Origin: a virus
Taxonomy: Duplodnaviria > Caudoviricetes
Reading direction: 5' to 3' (one strand)
DNA length: 53,470 nucleotides
IMG/VR virus record: IMGVR_UViG_3300037258_000095
Coordinates: 1 to 53,470 of that record
Numbering within the stretch: position 1 is the first letter of the stretch; each line of letters begins with the position of its first letter. Made by a program: the position numbers and the translations under genes. Under the pieces are notes generated by a model, which did not search any database, was not told the origin of the DNA, and saw only the letters and a program-made list of their open reading frames with translations. Of the stretch, positions 46,874 to 53,470 are shown in pieces.

Positions 46874-48874
46874 GTGCTCAATCTTGACATAGCGGTTTGC
46901 TATGACTGCGAGACGCTGCCAAATGCGTTTACATTAAACGTGGTCGGATTGTATTCTGATCTCGATATGACATTTGAAATTTCGGAATTTCGCGACGACC
47001 GCGAGACATTGCGTGCATGGTTTGAGCACTGGCAAGCGACCAAAACGCCCATGGTCGGATTCAATAACTTAGCGTTTGACTATCCCGTAATTCACGAGAT
47101 TTATTGCAATCCGTATATCACCGTCGCGGAAATTTATTATTTCGCTATGGGGATTATCAACGCATCGTTTGGCGGAGCACGATTTAATGGCGTATGGGAA
47201 TCCGATAGATTCGCTCCGCAAATCGACGTTTATAAAGTGCATCATTTTGACAATCGCGCCAAATCGACAAGTCTAAAGGCGCTTCAATTTAACATGCGTT
47301 CCGAGTCGGTCATGGAAATGCCGATACCGTTCGGCGTACCTGTGACGCGCGAGCAGGTGGACGCATTTTTGATTCCGTATAACAAGCATGACGTGATCGA
47401 AACCAAAAAATTCGCACTTATCAGCATGGATGCGATCAATTTTCGCAATCGGCTAACCGATACACTGCGCGGTGACGTACTGAATTTTAACGATACGAAA
47501 ATCGGTGCAAAAATTCTCGAACAGCGGCTCGGTGACGATGTTTGTTATTTCGACGATCTCGGGCGCCGAGCGCCGCGGCAAACGTTCCGCGAATCAATCC
47601 GGCTCAATGAGATCATATTCCCGTATATTCAATTTCGAGACGCTGAATTCAATCGTATACTTTCATGGATGCGGCAACAGACTTTAACAGCCGACGAACT
47701 AACGGAAAACATTAAAACCAAAGGCGTCTTTACCGGCGTATCGGCAAATGTCGGCGGCTTGGATTTCCATTTTGGAACGGGCGGCATTCACGGCTCGGTA
47801 AGTGCGCAGCGTTTTGCCAGCGACACCGAATACGTTATCTGCGACGTAGACGTAGCGGCGTTGTATCCCTCGATCGCCATAGTAAACAGGCTTTACCCGG
47901 AACACCTTGGCGACGCCTTTGTGCGCGAGTATGCGCAGTTGCCGATCGAGCGCAGCAAGCACGCCAAGGGAACGGTCGAAAACGCGGCGTTCAAACTTGC
48001 CGCGAACGGCACCTATGGCAACAGCAATAATAAATATTCGGTGTTCTATGATCCGAAGTTCACCATGGCGATCACAATCAACGGGCAACTGCTGTTGTGC
48101 ATGCTCGCCGAGCGGCTACTGACGGTCGACACGCTTCGAATTATTCAGATCAACACAGACGGAATCACGTACCGAATCCGGCGCGACCAGGTGCCGCACG
48201 CCGAGTTGATGCAGCAAATATGGCAACGCATAACGCATCTTACGCTCGAACAAACGCATTATTCGCGAATGTGGATTCGTGACGTGAACAATTACGTTGC
48301 GGAAACAATCGACGGTAAATTGAAACAAAAAGGCGCGTATTGGTTCCCTGTCAAATTCCCTGACGACGTGAGCAACGCCAGCCCGCCGGCATGGCACAAG
48401 GATTTTTCCGCGCTTGTGTCGATTAAGGCGGCGGTCGACCACATGGTCAACGGAACTGATATCGAACGGTTCGTGTACGCACATCGCGAACCGTTCGACT
48501 TCATGTGCCGCGCAAAGGTCGATCGCTCGTCGCACTTGTATATCGGCGACAAGGAAACGCAGCGCATAACGCGGTATTACGTGGCTCTTAACGGCGGTCC
48601 CATGCGCAAGGTGTCGCCGCCGATCGGCGAAGCCGGGACGTACAAGCGTCGCAACGGCATATCGGACGCCGAATGGCACGACGTTTTAGGACAAATCAAG
48701 CCCGGCACATGGGACGAGCGAATTCATACGAAAAACAAATCGAGATATGAAACGCGCGAGTTCGGAATCGAAGCCGGATTCAACGTGACCGAATGTAACG
48801 TAGCGTCGCGCTTCGATTTCGCAAACGTGAATTACGAATGGTATATCGAACGAGCGCGAAAGCTGGTGATTTGA
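46874..48874 (+). CDS. Phage B-family DNA polymerase
   Basis: YDCET and FNN..FD exonuclease motifs; DVAALYPS, KLAANGTYG, NTDG, DVNNY. Confidence 0.9.
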   Translation: MLNLDIAVCYDCETLPNAFTLNVVGLYSDLDMTFEISEFRDDRETLRAWFEHWQATKTPMVGFNNLAFDYPVIHEIYCNPYITVAEIYYFAMGIINASFGGARFNGVWESDRFAPQIDVYKVHHFDNRAKSTSLKALQFNMRSESVMEMPIPFGVPVTREQVDAFLIPYNKHDVIETKKFALISMDAINFRNRLTDTLRGDVLNFNDTKIGAKILEQRLGDDVCYFDDLGRRAPRQTFRESIRLNEIIFPYIQFRDAEFNRILSWMRQQTLTADELTENIKTKGVFTGVSANVGGLDFHFGTGGIHGSVSAQRFASDTEYVICDVDVAALYPSIAIVNRLYPEHLGDAFVREYAQLPIERSKHAKGTVENAAFKLAANGTYGNSNNKYSVFYDPKFTMAITINGQLLLCMLAERLLTVDTLRIIQINTDGITYRIRRDQVPHAELMQQIWQRITHLTLEQTHYSRMWIRDVNNYVAETIDGKLKQKGAYWFPVKFPDDVSNASPPAWHKDFSALVSIKAAVDHMVNGTDIERFVYAHREPFDFMCRAKVDRSSHLYIGDKETQRITRYYVALNGGPMRKVSPPIGEAGTYKRRNGISDAEWHDVLGQIKPGTWDERIHTKNKSRYETREFGIEAGFNVTECNVASRFDFANVNYEWYIERARKLVI

Positions 48875-49135
48875 CCATGGCGAAAATAATCCGCAACAAA
48901 TTTATTTTTGTGGTCGTCGGCCCCGATGAACAGCCATCAACCTGAAACGACATCGCACAAAAACGTGCGACTTGTGCCCGTCGATCCTCATGTCAAGTCA
49001 GCGGAAACGTGCAAGTTGTTCAATGCTGGCGTGAGCGCGAAAGCGGAAATGGCAAAAAGCGCGGACCCCATTTGCTACGATGTGTCACGGTCGAGAAAAG
49101 GACCGGGCTGTTTGAAAACCAAATCGGAGAGACAC

Positions 49136-49516
49136 ATGGAACGCGCAACAGCGATCAAGACACTCGGCAAGTTACTAGGCAAAAAGCTCGGATATCGAGT
49201 TGACGATAGGGCACCGACGCAGGTGGAACGGGAAGCCGCACGCGCGGAACTGCTTGCGACTATACCGGAGCGTGACAAACTGAAAGAACAGTGCGAAACT
49301 CGCTGTAGGGCGATACTCGCAGCGGATGCCGAGTACCAAACGATTCTTGCGGCACGACGAGCCGCACAAAAGAAGCTAGACGAACTCGGCAGTATCACAC
49401 GCCACTATAAGATCACGGTCGGCACTTCGGAGGGAATGTTCTTTTGCGTAAAAGCCGAAGGTGATTCTTGGGAACAGGTCATTGACAAACTGACTGAAAA
49501 TAAAGTTGCCGCCTAA
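49136..49516 (+). CDS. Hypothetical coiled-coil protein
   Basis: GGAGAG RBS before the ATG at 49136. Confidence 0.6.
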   Translation: MERATAIKTLGKLLGKKLGYRVDDRAPTQVEREAARAELLATIPERDKLKEQCETRCRAILAADAEYQTILAARRAAQKKLDELGSITRHYKITVGTSEGMFFCVKAEGDSWEQVIDKLTENKVAA

Positions 49517-49522
49517 CGACAA

Positions 49523-49557
49523 AGCCGCTCCCGGAAACGGGGGCGGCGTTTCTTTTT
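49523..49557 (+). terminator. Intrinsic terminator
   Basis: GCCGCTCCCG-GAAA-CGGGGGCGGC then GTTTCTTTTT. Confidence 0.8.
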
Positions 49558-49568
49558 GGAGTTTGACC

Positions 49569-49922
49569 ATGCCAGCAATAACCGAGTTTCATATTCAACG
49601 CGCTGTGTGCATCTATCTCGACGCGCACAAATTCCCCGACGTGCTTTATTGGCATACGCCGAACGGCGGCAACCGAGATCCCCGCGAAGGCAAGCGCTTG
49701 AAGGAAATGGGCGTTAAAGCCGGCATTCCTGATTTGTTTTTCGTTCGCGCTGGTCGCATGTACGCGCTCGAATTGAAAGACGAATCGGGGCGGCTGTCTG
49801 CGGCACAAGTCGACATGCTGGCGCAGCTCACAGCGGCCGGCGTTCAAACCGCCGTGGCGAATTCATTGGCCGCCGCCAAGCAACAAATTTTTACGTGGGG
49901 GTTGACAGTAAACGCAAATTAA
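49569..49922 (+). CDS. VRR-NUC nuclease
   Basis: [21 protein letters not shown]...GRLS..Q. Confidence 0.9.
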   Translation: MPAITEFHIQRAVCIYLDAHKFPDVLYWHTPNGGNRDPREGKRLKEMGVKAGIPDLFFVRAGRMYALELKDESGRLSAAQVDMLAQLTAAGVQTAVANSLAAAKQQIFTWGLTVNAN

Positions 49923-49938
49923 GACAGTATACGTTAAC
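49901..49938 (+). promoter_or_regulatory. Promoter of phage ctrA with palindromic motif and CtrA-like box
   Basis: GTTGACAGTAAAC 49901-49913; GTAA-N7-TTAA 49908-49922; extra TTAAC at 49934. Confidence 0.65.
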
Positions 49939-49960
49939 GATTTGGAACGGAGCGATTCAC

Positions 49961-50683
49961 ATGCGAATCCTGCTTATCGAGGATAATGCGCTCGTAGCGC
50001 AAGCGATCGAATTGTCGCTGAAATCCGAAGGATTCAAAGTGTACACCACCGATCTCGGCGAGGAAGGTGTCGATCTCGCAAAGCTGTACGACTACGATTG
50101 CATTCTGCTCGATATCGGACTGCCGGACATGAGCGGTTTCGATGTGCTTGCCCGGCTTCGTGTTGCGCGCGTTCATACACCCGTGATTGTCGTTTCGGGT
50201 TACGCCGATATCGACATTAAGGTGCGCGCTCTTACCGCAGGTGCCGACGACTATGTGACCAAGCCGTTTCACAAAGACGAGCTTGTCGCACGCCTTCACT
50301 CAGTCGTGCGCCGTTCCAAAGGTCACGCGCAGTCGATTATTCAAGTCGGCGATCTCGTGTTGAATCTCGCGAGCAAAACCGTCGAAGTAAACGGACGCCC
50401 GGTTCATTTGACCGGCAAGGAATATCAAATGCTCGAATTGATGGCGCTCCGTAAAGGCGTCACTCAAAACAAAGAGCAATTCCTGAATCACCTTTACGGA
50501 GGCATGGACGAACCGGAACTGAAAATCGTCGACGTGTTTATCTGCAAGCTACGCAGGAAATTGCGTAACGCGTCCGGCGGAATGGAATACATACACACCG
50601 TGTGGGGCCGCGGTCATCACCTGGCCGAACCGATAGAAGCCGCGCCCGCAAAATCGACCGCCCAAGCAAAGGCAGCCGCGTAA
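49961..50683 (+). CDS. ctrA: Phage-encoded cell-cycle response regulator CtrA (240 aa)
   Basis: [20 protein letters not shown]51, [63 protein letters not shown]; C-terminal AA. Confidence 0.95.
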   Translation: MRILLIEDNALVAQAIELSLKSEGFKVYTTDLGEEGVDLAKLYDYDCILLDIGLPDMSGFDVLARLRVARVHTPVIVVSGYADIDIKVRALTAGADDYVTKPFHKDELVARLHSVVRRSKGHAQSIIQVGDLVLNLASKTVEVNGRPVHLTGKEYQMLELMALRKGVTQNKEQFLNHLYGGMDEPELKIVDVFICKLRRKLRNASGGMEYIHTVWGRGHHLAEPIEAAPAKSTAQAKAAA

Positions 50684-51264
50684 TGCGGTTTCTAGTTGCT
50701 GCGTTCCTTTTGGTCGCGCTCGTCGGCCAGGCGGACGCCCACCGAGCCACGCCCTCGCCGGTAACGCAATTCTGCGGTGATCGGGTGTGCCCGATATTCG
50801 ACAAGCCGCGCTCGGTAAAAATAAAGCGCGTGCATCGGGACGAGCGGCACGAGCGGCGAACCGTTGCCACGGTTACGCATAATTACTGCAACGTCGACAC
50901 GGCTGCCGGTCCCATTACGATCGCGTGCTGGTTGGCGCCAAAAATGCAAGGTTTCATCGGTGACGTAGTGGCGCGCGGCTTCAAAGGTCCAGTGCACTGC
51001 CTTTCCTACGCCAAGTCACACGTCGCTCATTCGCTTCACTTTATCGCCGAGGCTTGCGACTTTGCACAACGCGGGTGGGGTCGCACTGTTGCGGTCATGT
51101 ATCACGTCGGAGATCTGACAGCGAAATGGGGGTTGCGCAACGGCTGTTCGTTTGGCGATTGCGGTCATATCGACAGCGGACGAATCAACAATGCCGAACG
51201 CCTACAAGAGCGACACAACCTGTATCGCGACGTTGCCAATTTCCGGCGGCGACCGGGAGCGTAG
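50683..51264 (+). CDS. Secreted peptidase M15-like Zn protein
   Basis: Signal peptide [19 protein letters not shown]; SLHFIAEACD (H-x6-D) and DCGHID. Confidence 0.6.
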   Translation: MRFLVAAFLLVALVGQADAHRATPSPVTQFCGDRVCPIFDKPRSVKIKRVHRDERHERRTVATVTHNYCNVDTAAGPITIACWLAPKMQGFIGDVVARGFKGPVHCLSYAKSHVAHSLHFIAEACDFAQRGWGRTVAVMYHVGDLTAKWGLRNGCSFGDCGHIDSGRINNAERLQERHNLYRDVANFRRRPGA

Positions 51265-51372
51265 CGTGCCACTTACAGACGCAGCCGACCCGGAAGCCGT
51301 ACGCGCCGTTTTAATACTGTGCATTGCGGTTTTGGTGGTGATCGGACTCGGCGTTTATGCGTGGCCGGAACA

Positions 51373-51735
51373 ATGAAACGCGTACTCGTATGCGGCGGTC
51401 GTGACTACGCGGACCATGCGCGCCTTTGGTCGGTGCTCGACCATTACCGAACGAAGTTCGGCGGATTTGCTGTTTTAATTCACGGGGCGGCTCGCGGAGC
51501 TGATTCTTACGCTGACGAATGGGCTGAAATTCGTGGAATTCCGGTCGATCCTTTCCCGATAAGCCGCCGTTGGTGGCAAGTATTCGGGAACGGTGCGGGA
51601 CCGTATCGCAACGGCCTAATGTTGCGTGAAGGAAAGCCGGACGTTGTTATCGCATTTCCGGGTAAAAACGGCACCGCTAACATGATCGAACAAGCCGAGC
51701 GTGCGGGTATTCCAGTGTTGCGGATTCCCGCATGA
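51373..51735 (+). CDS. SLOG-superfamily protein (YspA/DUF2493-like)
   Basis: VLVCGGRDY, IHGAARGAD, AGP.RN..ML, VIAFPG..GTANM. Confidence 0.88.
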   Translation: MKRVLVCGGRDYADHARLWSVLDHYRTKFGGFAVLIHGAARGADSYADEWAEIRGIPVDPFPISRRWWQVFGNGAGPYRNGLMLREGKPDVVIAFPGKNGTANMIEQAERAGIPVLRIPA

Positions 51736-52031
51736 TGCTTTCCCTTACCAATGCGGCCGCACTTATCCCCGGTGCCACGCCCGACACGTTGAAACGTCAT
51801 GCGCGAGCGGGTAGGCTTACGGTGTACCGCACCGGCAAAGCCTATACCACGACCGACGCGGCCATGGCGGAGTTGATTGAAAAGTGCCGCGTCGTTCAAA
51901 AGGACCCCGCCTATGGCTCCGTAAAAAGCGCGCGCCGCGCGTTGCCGCATGGTTCATCCTCGACGATTCACGCCAGCACAGCACTGGACTCGGCGCTCGC
52001 GCGAGCACGACAGACAAAGAAAAAGCGTTAG
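51732..52031 (+). CDS. Excisionase-like HTH protein
   Basis: LSLTNAA...TLKR.ARAGRL.VYR.GK.Y.TT; overlaps integrase start. Confidence 0.72.
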   Translation: MMLSLTNAAALIPGATPDTLKRHARAGRLTVYRTGKAYTTTDAAMAELIEKCRVVQKDPAYGSVKSARRALPHGSSSTIHASTALDSALARARQTKKKR

Positions 52032-52993
52032 CCGACTATCTGGCCGAAAAGCATACGGTCGTCACGACAAGCGGCAGTCGCGATCCTTCGCAAATTCTTA
52101 TTGACGACGTGCTCGCGCTTTACGCGCGTGACGTGGTGCCGCGCCAGGCTCGCCCCGACGAAACCGTTTCGCGAATAGAGTTATTGCGCGTTTATTTTGG
52201 CAGTAAGCCGTTAGCGGACGTGACCGGAGCAAATTGCCGCGCCTATGCCGCTGGTCGTAGCACGCCGGCAGCCGCGCGCCGTGAATTGGAGGATCTGCGA
52301 GCTGCGATCAATTACCATCGCAGGGAAGGGCTACACGACAAAATCGTATCGGTGGTGTTGCCACCGAAAGCATTGTCGCGGGAACGATGGTTGACGCGTG
52401 CCGAGGCCGCGGCGCTTATTAGCTCGGCGTGGCGATATCGCGAAAAGCAGAATCGATTGTCAACAAATCGGCGCACCAGGCGGCACGTTGCCCGCTTCAT
52501 GGTGGTTGCCCGCTACATGGGGTCGCGAGCGGGAGTTATCTGCTCGGCCTCGATCGAGCCTAAACGCCCTTCCGATCGAGCATGGGTGGACCTGCAAAGC
52601 GGGGTGTTTTACGGGCGCCCAATAGGTCAACGCGCCACGAAAAAGCGACGGCAGACTGTCCGAGTGCCTCTGCCGCTACTGGCGCACATGCGGCGCTGGC
52701 GCGCGCGCGGGCAGCGTTACGTCGTGCAATGGCGCGCGCAGCCGGTCGAGCGCATAGACAAGGCGCACCGGGCCGCTGTGGCGGCAGCCAAGCTAGGGCG
52801 AGACGTGACGCCTCATGTGTGGCGACATACGGTCGCCACCTGGTTGATGCAGGCAGGCGCCGATCCGTGGAAAGCGGCGGGCTTCCTTGGCATGACTGTG
52901 GAGACGTTGCTGCGCGTTTACGGGCACCACCACCCCGATCATTCGGCAGACGTGCACAGCGCTCTTGCGCGCGGCGGCAAACGTGCAGCCTAG
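51884..52993 (+). CDS. Tyrosine integrase
   Basis: RWLT..E, Y.GSR, TPHVWRHTVATW, RVYGHH; next to the att repeat. Confidence 0.93.
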   Translation: MPRRSKGPRLWLRKKRAPRVAAWFILDDSRQHSTGLGARASTTDKEKALADYLAEKHTVVTTSGSRDPSQILIDDVLALYARDVVPRQARPDETVSRIELLRVYFGSKPLADVTGANCRAYAAGRSTPAAARRELEDLRAAINYHRREGLHDKIVSVVLPPKALSRERWLTRAEAAALISSAWRYREKQNRLSTNRRTRRHVARFMVVARYMGSRAGVICSASIEPKRPSDRAWVDLQSGVFYGRPIGQRATKKRRQTVRVPLPLLAHMRRWRARGQRYVVQWRAQPVERIDKAHRAAVAAAKLGRDVTPHVWRHTVATWLMQAGADPWKAAGFLGMTVETLLRVYGHHHPDHSADVHSALARGGKRAA

Positions 52994-53105
52994 CGACGTA
53001 ATCGGGGCCAACGGCAGGCCAACGATATAGGGCGATTTTAGACCATATCAGCGCACAGCAACGCATCGAAAACACCTGCAAATGCTGGAATCCGGCCAAG
53101 CAACC

Positions 53106-53158
53106 CCTCGTTCGGGACGAGGGGGTCGCAGGTTCAAATCCTGCCACTCCGACCAGCT
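53106..53158 (+). repeat. Right attachment core (53 bp)
   Basis: Identical to 75-127. Confidence 0.95.
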
Positions 53159-53256
53159 GCCTTCCCGGCACGTTGATTTAGCACAACTATCTGTATTTGC
53201 TATAGAACTTGGGGACACCCAAGGACACAAACTCGTATACAGAGGCGCCTGGCGGA

Positions 53257-53420
53257 TGGCTCGTCTCAGGCGAGAAAACAATGGTTCCTTCACCTCCAGG
53301 AAGAGGCTCCGCCGTGACGTGCATGATGCATATGATCGCCTCCGCGGGGCTCGCCATGGGGCCAAACTGTTCCTCCTGCCAGCACGCCCCCAGGGCGTTG
53401 CAAAGATGTATCTGCAATGA
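53257..53420 (+). pseudogene. Possible 5' remnant of another integrase outside the prophage
   Basis: MARLRRENNGSFTSRKRLRRDV..AY resembles N-termini of tRNA-associated integrases; stops after about 54 codons. Confidence 0.35.
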
Positions 53421-53470
53421 TCGTTAGGTCATGGTGTCGAAACTAAAAGTTTTCCCAACTCGTCGCATAC

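Larger units (their letters stand above)
75..53158. mobile_element. Complete temperate prophage (siphovirus-like) integrated in tRNA-Pro
   Basis: 53-bp direct repeats at both ends, tyrosine integrase next to the right repeat, full head/tail/lysis/replication gene set. Confidence 0.96.

Noticed and set aside
48877-49135. N-terminal extension of 48908-49516 or a separate gene
   Set aside because: The best RBS is at 49136; upstream there are only short frames without motifs.
49961-50683. Host chromosomal ctrA misassembled into the prophage
   Set aside because: It lies between the att repeats, uses the phage-wide promoter motif, overlaps the next phage gene and is divergent; a read check would still be prudent.

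Overview
The window is one apparently complete ~53.0 kb temperate siphovirus-type prophage integrated in the 3' half of a tRNA-Pro(CGG) gene, bounded by an exact 53-bp direct repeat (75-127 = 53106-53158). The host is probably an alphaproteobacterium (Rhizobiales-like, inferred from gene content). Minus strand, 522-35339: dNMP kinase, metallophosphoesterase, lysis cassette, tail, head and packaging genes, a DUF6456-like late regulator, an SF2 helicase, a separate second tail-fibre module and many small accessory genes. A candidate iteron origin lies near 35.5-35.8 kb, followed by a pentapeptide-repeat gene, DNA methyltransferases and a primase/VirE helicase. Plus strand, 43224-52993: replication genes (dCMP deaminase, DUF2800, DUF2815 SSB, Fic, B-family polymerase, VRR-NUC), a full-length phage copy of the cell-cycle regulator CtrA, an M15-like secreted peptidase, a SLOG protein, excisionase and integrase. 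Most striking: (1) the phage-borne CtrA variant, with near-consensus CtrA boxes at early promoters; (2) a 13-bp pseudo-palindrome GTT(T/G)AC-W-GT(C/A)AAC in about 14 copies, mostly on -35 boxes across the genome, with no recognisable CI repressor; (3) a GafA/GafZ-like DUF6456 gene next to a promoter-terminator leader in front of the virion operon; (4) a dual-frame, M.EcoHK31I-like C5 methyltransferase. All family calls come from motif recognition by eye; no database search was run.
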